A DNA stretch of 64,000 nucleotides, taken from the NCBI GenBank assembly GCA_000934665.2, contig KZ538363.1, positions 1 to 64,000 on the forward strand, read 5' to 3'. This DNA is from Catajapyx aquilonaris (taxonomy: Eukaryota). The translations under genes and the position numbers were made by a program. The notes beneath the pieces are model-generated. The model was not told where the DNA came from, ran no database searches, and worked only from the letters and a program-made list of their open reading frames with translations. Position 1 is the stretch's first letter. The number at the start of each line of letters is the position of its first letter. Positions 11,667 through 25,900 of the stretch are shown one piece after another.

Positions 11667-13917
11667 AAATTTTATAAACAATATGTCACTTATGAAGTAC
11701 CATACAGTAATCGGTATAATGGTGTAGTCTGACTATCGCAGTTTGAGCACAGCAGGAACGCTGCGTGCGTAAACAGTCAACATGATCGTTATGTAACAAG
11801 TAAAAACACTCATACCAATTTCACATCATTTCTAGGCGTGTAGAATTACAGCACGTATACTACAAAATTATTTGAATTTAGCATCACAAAGGCAACGACT
11901 CTGGCTTTAGTGGCTGCATGAAATTCACATATGCTAATAAAATTAAACGGCTATATACGTTATACTGTACTACAGGCCAATGTCCACAATATTCCCGTGT
12001 GATCGCAACATTATATATTTTCAGTGTTATTTTGTTATCGTTTTAGGCCAGTGCATACAGTGGCATCCGCAGTTATAGGCCTAATGTTACCTTGAAATTA
12101 TTATTGTGCAGCGGCACTACACCAAATATGCACTAACAGAACACAGATTTAGGCGACAATAAACAGCCACATCAATAACCAAAACATCAATCATAAATAT
12201 CCCAGATTTAGATGAAGTTATGTTACAATTAAATTAAATGAAATACCCGCCACCAAACCAATAACATGGTTGCGACTAAACAGGAAGCTTTTCAACCTAG
12301 AATCTTTTACTTTCATGCAATACTCAATCTTCTGAAAACTTTTTTTTACGAGAAATGTCTTTACCTGAACAAACAGTCTAACTGATGAAGATGGTGATGG
12401 AATTATTTTACCTTCTGTAAATGCTTCATCTCGCCATCCGGTTACAACATCCTGCATTTACAATGGCTATTTACTGCTGGAAGGCAGTTTCAGTGATGCC
12501 GATGATTCCCGGCTATATAGTTCTGCATGATTATTTAGTATAATTATGGCTCCAGATTCATGTCCTCATATGCTATAACTGTTATAATGTGTATAATTCA
12601 AGTTCTCAAAATAATAACAGAACAAAGCACATTACATAGTACCGGTAACCTGAGTAGTTGTTACGTTCTTTTATTATACTTTCACTTCTAACAATAACGC
12701 CAGAAATATTATACTCTTGAGGGACTTAGGTTACTGAAAAGTTAAACTTGAAACATACATAAATAGCAGCACATGTGCCAAGGGGTAGTATCGTTGCAAA
12801 CAATATTATTTTCATATCTTGCACGTAGCTCCATGCAGCATATTATACGCAAGGCCTATTCTTGAAGGAGACCTTTCAGTATATACATTTACACTGCTGA
12901 GAGTGCCACATGCAGTTTTGATTGCATTTCTAACTCATTCGTCAGATGGAAATTACTGTAAAGTTATATGCATATTCTCAAACCGGAAAACATACTTGTT
13001 AGTAACTTAGCTATCATTTAAGACTATTCAGGTTTGCCTGCAGTGAGACAAAAATAATAATAATGGCTGATTATAGTCTGCATTCTACAACATGTGTAAC
13101 ACTGAATTTTTTTTAAAAAAATCGGTAAATGAATAATCTGAAAGGTCTCGGCTTCATATGTCAGAATTGGATGAAATAGCCTGCAAACTATACAAACCCA
13201 ACTGTGGTGGCTTTATAGAACTGCTGTCATTGCTCTACAAAAGCCTAAAATATTACCAGCCCATATTGCACCACACATAATAAGATTGCATGCCGTAATG
13301 TGTTCTTGTGCGGGTCCTGTATAATTTAAAAAATTATAGACTAGGCCTGTACTCACTGCCAATGATTATATTCATAATTATCCGCATTAATAATCCAAAG
13401 CCAGACTGTATATCCAATCGCAATGAAAATTATATGTATATGCTAAGCATGGCATACCGGTCCTGGTACTGCACATGTCCAGTTTACTAATTAACCGCTT
13501 ACGGAAAGGGCACCCGCATAAAGCTACGCGACAACATGCACAAGTATAACTTGCCGCCCCCGGTACCCGATGTGATGTAACATAATTTACGCCATGAAAT
13601 AGTTTTCACATGTTGTCCCAACAATGACTTTTCACCAACATCAAAGAGTAGGCCTATCCGAATTACATGCCTAATGACTGCCAGCAGATGTAAATGTAGT
13701 TAAGAAATGTTCGCAGTGTTGTGGGAAATAACTGTTTTGAATTTAAATTTGATATTAATATTATTAAATAATTTATTTGTGTTGTGTGAAATGTGAGCAG
13801 CGCAGTGTTGCATGAACCTTCCAATGTGACAACCCCGCAACGAATTTCGTGACAAGTTGTGAAGAGTGTTTCTGAGCCCTTGGTCTTGAGAGAGTAAAGA
13901 GGAGGAGAGGGGGGGGG

Positions 13918-13939
13918 NNNNNNNNNNNNNNNNNNNNNN
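13918..13939. other. Assembly gap (22 N) within a poly-G tract
   Basis: The N run is flanked by G homopolymers. Single Ns at 23400, 38675 and 51835 also abut G/C homopolymers, so distances across these points (including the intron length) are approximate. Confidence 0.95.
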
Positions 13940-16900
13940 GGGGGGGGGGTTGGCCCCGAGTGATTTCCCTAAATATGCAGGTTATCAGAGACCCGTCCAT
14001 TTTCGGGCCCCCCTCCTCCCCTCCCAAGGGCCAGGGGATTCCCACACGATCCGGGGGCCGGCCAAGCTTTGTCCGGGGAAGCTGCTTTTCACTGGTAAAA
14101 TTCCAGCCTCGCATCCCAACCCCCTCTCCGATAATATTGCAAGTAAAAGACCGCTTACTTGCCATAATCTGCTGCCTCCGGACCCGTGGCTAGTTTTTGG
14201 GGGTCCTCCGCCCCTAAGCAGTCCACCCCACCTACTTGAACCAGAGTCCTCCTGAGCAAAAGAATGTCTTTTGAAGGGTGGGAACACTCGAGGGCTTCCA
14301 ACAGCCAATTCAGGATTGTGCAAAGACACCTCTCAAGAGGACCCTCCGATACCCCCAATTAGGGTTACACATTAAGAATAATTTTACTGACCGTTAGATT
14401 CTTCGGTTAGGTGCCTGGATGTGTACTTACACACACACAAAAGAGGGTAGGTTTATGATGTAAATAGGGGGTGCATGTCACGTATAGCTTGCATCAGGCC
14501 CCCAGCTAGGCTGTCAAAGATCTGAGGAGGGTTTGGAAGAAACTTTGGCACCTTTACAACGGCTATTTTAGTACCGCTATTGGAAAGTACGTAACAGCAT
14601 GAACGGACAAGAAAATGCTGGATTGCAAAATTGTGCCAAATTATGATGTTGCAGTGTACCGAAAATAATGCGGGTTTCACAGTGCGGTTTTGTAGGACTG
14701 TTTTGGTCCATGCTGTCATCTTATGGCGTAATGGTTGCCTCTGAGGTGTCATCTTGCGAGAGTTATTCATGGCAATAAGCTCAAGCTGTGCAAGGCCGGT
14801 GCCTCGACTTCTGTTGGACGTGTGCTAAAATGAGCCGGACATCATGTGGAGTGGTGTTCATGACAACGTTGCATTGCAGTCATTTTAAGCCCACGTGTGT
14901 GCCTTTTATTTCTCAAGTATGAGGAGATCCATGCAAAATGTTGGTCGCTGAAATTATTCTCATGCGATATGTTGTGTTTATGTTGATGGATGTGCAGGAG
15001 AGGCAAGTCGTGTGAAACTGCTCAAGTTTTGAGAAAATTGCAGCAGGGTATATATGGCACTTGTAATTGCCGTTTGTGGCATGTCGTTAATCACTCGCGA
15101 ATAGCCCTCTGTAGTGATAAGCTCGCAATTTTATTTTTCAACGCCATGTTTTATTGTAGTGGCTGCAGCCATTGACCGGTTATAAGGTGTTTACCCTACA
15201 ATCCAATAATACTGAGCAATGTAACTTACACACAAAATTGACATAAAGTTTACGTTTGTAATTAGGCTTATACAATTAACGTCAGGCAACCCTAAAAATT
15301 ATAGCGATTGCCCTAACAAAATAATTGCACAATTTACAATAATATAATACTAGTGGGACAACCAGACTTCCGGTGTGCCCCGAAGCGATATGGTAATGAC
15401 ATTCAAACCGTTTGTGGCCTCTTTCAAAATAACTCTTTTCACCGGCATCCCAAACTCGGGTTTCATTTCATGGTCGCTTTCACATTAGGCTCGTTCGGAC
15501 TCCAACTAAATTTTGGGGCCTGCCACTAGTATACTGGTTTCCATTAGTTTACTTCCTTGGCCCCTGCTATCGATTTGCCACAAACACAAGCCGGTTGTGT
15601 GTATGGTGGGAACAGGGGAGGTGGTTCAGGGGAGGAAAAGGGCGTCAACATTTTCCATAGCGTGCACTGATGTCAAATTGAAAGCAAGGGCGAGACCAAA
15701 AGGACCCCAAGAAAAGTCCACTCTATAACTTAAAGCACGCTCGAATTTTCTTATTATAACACCTATAGAAGCACTTGATCACATGTCAAAAAATTTTTGC
15801 AAATGTGTTCCGCTTTATGGGTACTCTCCATATGTAAGCTGATTGCAAATTTACCGTGCAGAAGCGACCGTTGACAAGCTCATAGGGCGAGATGGTCCAC
15901 GTGTTCGTAACACACGTATCTTTTTGGGGTACTGACGCAAAGGGCCTAGTAAATTAATGAACGGGCGGGGGTTGTCGCCGAAAGGACTTTTGTCGCTTTT
16001 GATGGGATGCTGGAGGGGGACCCAACAGATGTCCCAGCAGCAACAAGGCCCTGTTAATTGGAAGCGAAAACAGGAGCTGGAGTGCACAGATCACTTAACT
16101 GGAGAACTGGCCAACAATGGGGCTATCTGCGGGACCCATCGCCGGTGGTCCCCGGCGCCCGCCTTCAGGTGCGGTTTGACCCCTATGCCACACCGAAAAA
16201 GGTCGCCTATCGGTACTACCCATCGGGGAAAGGCTACCCCAGCAGCGGACAAACTCGGGCTTGTCGCCGTGATTTGGGTCCACGATAAGGCCTCCCCACA
16301 CACACGGAAGGCAAAAGGCATCGGTTGGATCATCATGGACCACTGCTAATCTGCCAGGAGGGGTTGGAGTTGCCGCAACCGACAGTTGCAACCGGCTGTT
16401 GTTGCGACGGGTACCTTTATGACATTAATGTTAACCATTGAGCCTGCTGTAGTAGGTTCTAAGACAAATTGAAAAGTTGAACGAAAACAAAGATGGTATC
16501 GCTGTAACCACCATGGGGTCACCCGGTGATAATAACATTAGTCCATATTGCTTATTACCTCAAGTCGGATTTTCCAGTATCGGAAGTTCGTTGCACTTCG
16601 GCATCAACACAGCTCGTTGCAGTGCAGTGGTAAAAGATTTGTTTTCCAATGGCTTTAAGTCGGTCCAGGAGCCATGTGTCCAGCGTATAAGTACCCTCCT
16701 CTTAACCAGAGACAATATTAACGCCCTCACTTGAGCCCATATAAAGTTGCAGGGATTTTCCGGAGCTCCCTTCCCACTCTCTTTGCTAGAGCCAAACCAA
16801 ATAAACACCAATCGGAGTATTTTCAAATAAGCCGAGGAATGAAGCTTTCCAGAGGCGCTGTTTTTGCGCCTCCGCCTAAAGCTCGAGTTGTTTAACTAGT

Positions 16901-19900
16901 AAATAGCTGTTACATAATTGAAGACTTGGGTTTAAAGGAAACTAATTGTCACTCCTGCCTCATGGGGTAAAAATTGTTATTTGCTTAAAAATTCATCACA
17001 GCGATACTGTAGGCCTATATGTTGTTGACACATGCGGCTTGTTTTCTCGTACAGTACATGTTGTATAATCCTCATCATTACTAAAGACAAATTGGGTTAA
17101 GATTTACATGCAATAGACGTACATGCTGAGAGTGTTAGTTATTACAATTGCATTTTTAAAACCTATATGAAATTGTAAAAAAACCAGCATGGCACCGATT
17201 ACAGGCACGTGACTCATTATAGTCTCCGGCTTGCGATAGGCCCTATATCTGAACTGCCACTTACTTTTGAACACCCACCAATCGCGACAAGAAAAAAAGG
17301 GTGGTCAACGAAGAAAAACGAAGTGAGAAATGTATTAGCATGAAGGCTAGCCGGCACGGCATGGAAGTGCGGGAATATTCCTTTGTAGGCATCAGCATTG
17401 CGTGCGGCATGAACCCTCTCTGAAGTAGGGTTTGAGCGACACACTTTGTCGCCTTCCTCACTGGAAGCCTATCGCTATGGCGCGAACCTAATTACAGCCT
17501 TTTTTCCACAAATAACAGGTTTCGCAAGCTGTCATCACTATCCAGATAGGCGGTGTCAATTACCCTCCCTTAACTCCGCCCCTGTTGTTCCCATGCCCCA
17601 CCCACAAAAGGGGAGACACATGTTGGGGGGGTCGACACACTTAATTACAAACCAAGTAATTACTATCAGCGATCTTTGCACGAATCGTTACAAAATGGCG
17701 GATCCGGCTAGGCCTAGGGATGCGCACTTTTTGGAGAGCAGGGGGGCCCTAGAGTCTATTAGTTGCCGTCAAAAGCAGTGCTCCCCTTGCCGAATCGTTA
17801 TTTCCTGGGAAAGATGGCGGGAATTAGCCACGCCATCACGCACAAGTCTACTTTCCGTGCCGGAAAATGAACTGGAGGGGGTGCACAAGAGGGTTTTTCT
17901 TTGGCTCGCAACCGATATCTATTATTGATGGGTGAAATTTTATAACAAACTGGGAGGGAGAGAAAACATGTTGTCTTGAACAATGCTGCTGAGTCATTCA
18001 TGGCAGAAGAGTGGTTTTCTCAGCATCATTGGGCATTTTGGATGAAAGTTTTGATTCAATTTGAGTGGGGCCCCTCTGTTGGAAAAGCTTGTTCGCCTCG
18101 AGTCCTTTGCAGCGGTGACTTGACAGCTCTGGGTAATTACCAAGACCGTCGCTGGTGGGACCTATACCTGGAGTAACACCTGGACTCTGACACCACAAAT
18201 TAAGTTCCTTGAGGGTTTGTGGAAAAAAAATATAGGGGGTAAAAGGGTGCTGGGATAAACGGTTGGAGAAGGGAGGTGATTACAAGAAACAGTGGTTGGT
18301 TCTGAAATTTTTTTGGTAAGAAAAGAGTGATGCAGAAGTTAATCGAATGTGCGGTGAGGCTTGGTCCATAAGGATGTAAGCAGTCACACTACTGCATCAC
18401 TGTATAGGCCTAAGCATGAATTTACTACAAACCCCATTAGCTTATAGCTACGAAAAGCATAAATTATATCATGAGTACAATACGCATGTAGACCTGTCAT
18501 TGAACATTTATTTATAAGTATTTTTATCCTGACATGAATGAATGCGTCACAGTAGCATGATTTACGTCGTGCTTCTGTATATGCCGTCATTGTTTAGTGT
18601 AGTGTAGTGCATAGTACTTGCTTCCTGCTGGCAACTGAATCTATTTATTTAGCTGGCAGATGATGCTTTAATCTTAGATACATAATTATGACTTACTATT
18701 ATCTCCAGTTTGAACATGCTGTACACAGTAGAATATGGCTCGCATTGCCAACCGTGCTCAGCAATTTCAGTAATAGGTGAACCGCAGGGTGTTTTGCCCT
18801 CATCAAAAATGGCCCGCTGTCAAAAAGTTGGAATTAAATATATGGCTTTAAAATAATTGCAAAATCATTGCCCAAATCTTTCTGTACAGCTTGGGAAAAA
18901 CCACTTTCATGACGCATCCAACTGCTATGCAGCGAAATTGCAACCTCATAAGTCAAAAGTGACAGGCGATATAGGCCTACTAGACCTCATCAGCCATAAC
19001 TCCATAAAGCCGGCTGGGATTTACATTTATCAACACAAGCATGATGTACTGTTTATCGTGGGAAAAATCGTACCTCCTGTGGTTTATTTGTAGTAATATA
19101 CGTGTGAAGTGCAGAGCTAACAAACCTGTTGTTGATTTGTCGTTATGTGCTCCTGCGGCAGTCACAACATATCCCTATATAGGCACTTCATTGAGACATC
19201 ATAAATCATAACACCTTTTTGGGTGCTTGACAGAGGAATTTAGATGGATTTAAAGCCAAACAATAACTCCGTATCGAACATTATTTTGACAGTCCTGTTT
19301 ACAGTCATCAGAAAAATGCATCCTTGTAGTCTATACCGTATAAATCAGTCACGCTATAACAATGCCGAATACAATAATTGTTTGAAAAATGACGCCGTTA
19401 AATTAGTCGTTCGGCCTGTAGTATACATGCAGTGCCGCAATTAACTGAGCGTTTTCACAGTATATACCGTAACTCCAGCTATAAATACCGGCAGTACGAC
19501 ACCGTCTGAAGCGACTATTCGCAACAATATGCTGTACACGCAGATGACGAAAGAGCCATCAAAGAGGGTTCGCCATTACCATGATTCATCACAATTAAAC
19601 ACATCACTTTTTATACAGTGACTCGCCGGATATTGAAGTTTTAAACGGGCAAATGTTTCCTGTAGCACGCATGAATATTGTACATTTCTATAGTGGAGAG
19701 ATGTCACATGAATAACGTAAGAGCATGGCAGCCTGTATTGTTATTCACTTTCTGATGCTTTCCCTAAAAAGGACATGTCTAAAGAATTTATTTTGTAATT
19801 CCATTTTCATTGTGATAGTATCAGTTAATAATATAACTTACAGCGAAAGATAAAGAGGAAAATCACTCGCCAATTAGTTCAAACAAAAATTCACTAACTG

Positions 19901-22900
19901 AACCTGGGGATTTTAAGTTAACCAATTTTCGAAATAATCAGAATAGGGTATACATTATCTTACCTCAAAATCAATGAAATTTCTTTATCGTAACATTATC
20001 TTAAATGGGCGTTTTAGTGAAAATGTGCGCATATGTCCGTTCATATACTTGGATCTCAATTTGACATTTTCTTTCAATATTAAATTTTAAAGATTAAAGT
20101 AATTTTCCTGACATTGAAAAAGTGGAGAATTCAGGCCCCAATTAAAACCGCTACCGACGTGCTAAATCAAGCGTCGACTTGATTTAACAAAATAGATCCT
20201 GACAAGCTGGAGCGCGTATAAAAAGAGTCTGTTCTAGTGCATCATGTGGTCCAGATTGTGCTTCTTTATCCCTCTCGAGTTAGCTGGTCGTTGGTGAGGC
20301 CACGGGGGGCAAACTAATGGGGCAGCTAAGGTCGGCTGCGAGACTTCAAGCCCTGCATTGTTGCCCTGCCATCTAACCCAGTGCCGTTTGTTTGTAGTGC
20401 CAACCAGCTGTCCGGCACAAAAAGACCCCCGGTTTTTTTGTTGTTGCGTCGTCGATGGACACTGCATCCTCTCTAACCAAGTGATGGACGACCATTATTT
20501 TTCCATGTGCACCATGCTGCTTCATTTGCATTGTTGAGAGTTCCGTTGATGGATTACACAACCTCTCGATCGGTTGGCAACATGGCCTCATCAGCCGCCA
20601 TTTTTATTTTTTGTCAAAGGCCGTTAAGCACAATAACGCTGTAACAATGAGGCATGGTGCCTTCAACATTCATTACTCATATTATGCAAGCAGGCAGCGC
20701 ATTAGGCAGCTGTGTTATAAGCTTATATGTATTAACGTTTCGAGTAAAAGTCAAATCTGACCCCCTTTCGTGCCGTCCGCTGCACCAATTACCACTTCGT
20801 GCCCATTCCATTAAGGGTTCGTGTCTTTGCAATTGGGCTCCATATTCTTCTCAGAGGTATAAGCCAATTCCATCTTTTCTCTTTTCCGCTGGGGTCCTGC
20901 TGACCACCTGGTCTGCCATCAAGCTTAATCTATCTGCGCCGTTTTATTCCAGTCCAGCTTTACAGCATAAAACTTGAGGCTAAAAAGTTACCTTTAAGTG
21001 TAAATAGCAAAATAACTAGGAGTACCAAAATAGTGTCGATGCTTACCTGCTGTACTTGAGCAGATCTTGTCAATGGCAACCCAAACGCACCCACGCCTTC
21101 GAATGCTAATGTCAGACCTGGGAAATCCAAAAAGGTGTTGGCTATATTTCCTGCTTAAAACTCTTTGCTAGAGTTATTTATTAGGCTATCTTCATGATGG
21201 GAGATGCTGTTGGCAAGAGCTTAATTTCATGCGAGTCTCCTTTTGACGTAGCATGAGAAAGTCAACTCTTCTCCGGATTAACCTCCCGGTTTTGCTCATT
21301 TGTGCCGTGAAAAATCGAGCCTTCGTGTTCACATGGACGCAAAGGGTTACAAACAGTTACCTGTGCTTAATGGACTACCGTGATGCAGGATTTAAGCTCC
21401 GGCCATGAAATTGGATCCGCGGTCTTAAAATGTCGTCAAAAACAAACCCCCGTCCAGACGATTTTTGGGTCCCATTTTTGGGTGAAGGGGCGCGTGTGGG
21501 CATCCCACAAACCTAACCACCTTGGGATAGGGATCCCTGGACCCAAACCTTTTTTTTACGGCCTAAAGACGATCTATACACCCGTCTTCCATAGATCCAG
21601 CTGAAGAAGAAGAGGGGGGAGAAAAGACTACTATATACGGGGCGGGCCCAGGTAAACCACACGGTGAAACCTGATGCCCCAATGAGCGGGTTTCCCTCTA
21701 TGTCTAAGCCGCCGCTATATATAGCTTTTCATTTCGCCATTGGATAGAGGGGGAATGCATAGTGAAACCCTGTTTTGAAAACGGGCAACTCCGGAAATAC
21801 CGCACACACACACGACATTGTGTCCGTTTCGAGGAAAATGATGCTCAAAAGTGGATTAGCCCTTGCCCCAGAGGACATATGGCCAGGAGGTGAAGAGTTA
21901 ACAGAAGGTGCGACATCTGGCCATTAGCTCCAAGAATTTCATGGCATATCTGACTTGGATACTGGAATATGGTTGACTTACAAACATGTAAACATTCCTG
22001 GACAATTTCAGAAGATGTGTCACAATATTGGCGTTCAATCTCTATAGTAAGCATCTAGTGAACATTGTCCAAAATGGGACAAACTGTACGCAGTGCGGTA
22101 ATTTAGGCATGTCCGGAAACCCTGCATCGTGTCCATACATGGCAGCAATAGGAGGAAGATGGTGAAAGAAGAAGAGCACGCAAGCTAAGCAAGAGAGGGT
22201 CCGAAGTTCGCATGTCAGAATATTATGACGACGAGGGTCGGCTTGATATTTGGGAGGGAAGCTCGCGTGAGACACTGGCATCATTTCCAACAGGCCAAAG
22301 GCAGCCTCTATGCAAGCCTGTGTATGGCCTCCTCCACCGAATCGGATGGCCACGGAGGAGGGGCCGCTGCCATTATACAATAATGCGGGGGAAGAAGGAA
22401 TCGCTTAGGTGCTTATATTGCCTGCCGCACGGATCAGATGATAAATCGCAGCCACCCTCTCTTCTTACAAGGCGCTCATCAGGAATTATGAGCCCAGCAT
22501 GATATTAAAGTGCCTGCCGCAACATGCAACTGCAAACCCAAATGTACTATCGTGGACAAAAAGATAGGGTTCTTCCCCGAGCTCAACGCAATCCGGCTGT
22601 ACAACCAGTCGCAGTCAAAACTATGAATAAATTAATAGAACCATATCTGCGATCTGGTGAGGAAAACGTCAGGGGGTCCCCACACATAATAGCAGATGGA
22701 AAGAGAACCCAGACTGTGTGTCTCAACCGAATAAGTAATTGCCGAAAGGGCGGGGCAGACCTCTGATACCATCACAATAATATTCTTGACTCCACAGCTC
22801 TGTCCTCGGACCTTATGGACTTCTACCGGGTCACACAAAAAAAAGACCGGAGTCAACACGGGTGTGCAGGAGATGGTCCATCGGCGGATTGGACCCCACT

Positions 22901-25900
22901 TCATCTCCACCTGAAAGTCGGACTGGGGTGCATTCATGTGGCCCGAACTGCCTCAAAGGCCTCCTTTCTCTCACCTGTCCCGACAGCCACTCCCCGTTCC
23001 CCCTCCCTATGCTCCAAAAAGAGCCTTCTATTCACTCGGCACGATGAGTTATGGGAACGGGGCTTCCCAGCGGGGCAGTGATTCAATGGTGTGGGGGCAG
23101 GGGAGAAAACTCTCTGGGATGGGGGGGAAAGGAAGACAGGGGAGGAGGGTTTGGATGGGTGACATTGCCTAGGTTACTTGGCCTTTGGAGCACCCCATGC
23201 AAGCAACACACTGCTTGACGGACGGCTGGATGGATGGGTACAGGCCCATACCAATTGAGCTGGGGGGGATTTAGGTCAGGAGGGGACAACCCGCAATCCG
23301 CAGATTTGCTGGTGTAATTTGCCACTCTAGCATGTACTTATCACCTGTCTAGCAAAAAAAAGCTGGATCTGCAAAACGTCTTGAAATCAGGACCATTCCN
23401 CCCCCCCCCCCCCCCCCTGAAAATTGAGCATCATTCAATAACATGAACCCCTTTTCAAGTCGAGTGCCAGCCAACCCTTTTTGGTTCATATATTTTTCCC
23501 TGTCAAGGGTATTGATCTCCCAACTTCTTTCTTCTGCCGCACGTCAATTGATGAAAAATCCTTCAAAATGTACGGGAATTCAAGTGCACCGCCTGGAAAA
23601 TTGAACGACTGCAAGTGACCCACACCATTTTTTGGGTGAACCGGCGACACTTCAGGTATCAAAAGGTGGCAATAATTTAAAAAAAAATGTATGCTGCATA
23701 TTCGTATAGGAAATGATTAAATTATTTATTAACTAATAATTTTTGAAAAACACAGTCGCCTGTCTTCATGAGCCTCAAGGAAGTCATACGTAATGTATCA
23801 CCATCTTATTTTTTACACATTCAAATGATACACTTTTGAATCCTAGCCGCTCTTTTTTTAAATGTCCAATAAATCAGAGTCACCTCTGCCCTCGAGAATC
23901 ATAGCTCCTTACTAATGGATTAGTGAACAAATTGCATCGTGTGAGCAATTTAAAGGATTGGTAGAACCTGTTCGGTGGAGCCTGATTTTCTTTCCTCTGG
24001 GGGCCTATAATGTCTTGGGAGGTGTAAAAAGGTGTTTTGTCCCACGACTCTCCTTCTGTACATACCGAGAAAACGTCTCAATAGCCAATCCGGTCGTAAA
24101 TCTACGTCCGGATTCTTCCAAGTCCAGGTGGCCCATTTGCTGACCAGGTCACCAACGAAGGAAGGGCTCCCCTCCTGGGTGACCCCCAGCGCGTGCGGGG
24201 GCACACAAGCACAACACGTCGCAGACACCCATAAATTACGACAGCTGGCGTGGGTGGTAAGGCTGACCACTTCCGAATCGCATTGTTGCCTTCTGCCCCA
24301 TCCGGTCGTCCCCGGATTTCATCACCAGTCCGGTCCTTCTCCACATGGGGCACCCCTCCGGATTTCTTAGTGTCACCGTTTTTGGTGTCGTAAAACACAC
24401 AAAAAGGTGGCCCCCTTCGCCTGTCAAATGTGCTGCTAGAGAGGCTAATTGGTGCAGTTTTCCGATTAGCATAGCAGTTGATGTCCTTGACTGCTTTTTT
24501 TTTTTCCTCTCGAGGCTGTTGGGTGGTCTTTTTAGCCACCCGGGGCCAAATCGGACGCCCCGGGGCCGTAAGCGCGTTGCCTGCCATAAAGTCATGACCA
24601 CAAGTCCCCTCGACCCTCACGTCAAACACTGTCATAAATCAGGCTAAGTGGACTAGGTGCTGTCAAGTGTCGCGATGTCCTGGCAGTTCGATCGCTGTTT
24701 ATTAGTACGGAAATCACGATTTAACGCCTGGTCACCTAATGAAGATACCAAAAAATTTTGCCGCCGTTATATTTTTTTGTCCAGGACACAAAAGTTCCCG
24801 GATGATGTCTTCATTGCCAGGATGGGACAAAAACCAGGCATAATGGCCGGACTGCGTGATGAAGCCGACAGCAAAAAAAATTAAATTCGAGGCTCGAATC
24901 AAAAAGTTAATGAGCCATTGTGATTAACTCCGAGCGTTTCCCACAGGTAATGCAGGTGTCGCTCTTTTTGTTTACACTATGACTTATTAGATTCGGAGAA
25001 TCAGTCGGAAATGGTGAGAATTTAACTTCCGGTCAGGCAATGCAAGTCATCCTTTCGTCAAGTGTCAAGCTGCTGCCAGGAAAATGCCTTAATTTGTCTG
25101 CCTCCCATTAATTTTGACTTTTTTATTATTATTTTTTAAGACGGCAGATGGGAATGGCCCAAGCTTAATTTTGGGGCCAAGCCGTTTGGAAAAAGTGACA
25201 ATGCTGAGTAGAACACGCGCGCTTTGGGAGAACAGTTACGGTCATCCTTCTTGGAATGAACAGCAATTCTGGAAAGCTGCACAAGAGCAGCACCTTGGCA
25301 GGCCACATGATGAACGAGCGTTTTACAGCCCTCTATCAGCCCCTCCGGCCTCTCAGTCCGCCCCATGCCACTTCTAACTTTCTTTTCCACCCAGAAAAAC
25401 CGATTCGTATACAATTCCTTTCTACACACTGTATACTGGGCCAACAAATCATATGGTACACACTCTGATCATAAAATGACCACTGACCACGTGCATCTTG
25501 CGAAACTAAATTGTCAACTGGGTTTAGTGTCTGCATTGTGAGAACCTGAGTGCCCCTTGGGTATGGCTGGACTTGACCAGCTTGGTGGTAATCCTGCGGT
25601 CATAGAGCCGCCTGCCCTCTTGCCCTATTGTAAGACTACGACGCCTCGGAACTGAAGGACGGACCCGGACTGGCCATTGTCCAGCCAAGAATGTCGGACA
25701 CTTTCAGCCGGCTGGCCCTCAAGATGTTTTCAAGCAAATGGGTCCGGATTTTTTTTTAACAGCCCCCCAGCCAACAGCCATCGCTTCTATCAATTACAAC
25801 ACAACGTAATACAACAGCACGAAGGCTTGTCACCGGTTGTAATGATTATCTTCCGGTTCCATGAGGGTGCTATTACATAGTGAGAATTACGTCGCCGTGG

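Noticed and set aside
13909..13949. Long poly-G/poly-C tracts (also ~23400, ~38658-38682, ~51820) as functional G4 elements
   Set aside because: Each coincides with Ns, so true length and sequence are unreliable assembly junctions.
16372..16408. Short GU-rich hairpin (CGCAAC...GTTGCG)
   Set aside because: It is too short and wobble-dependent to distinguish from chance.
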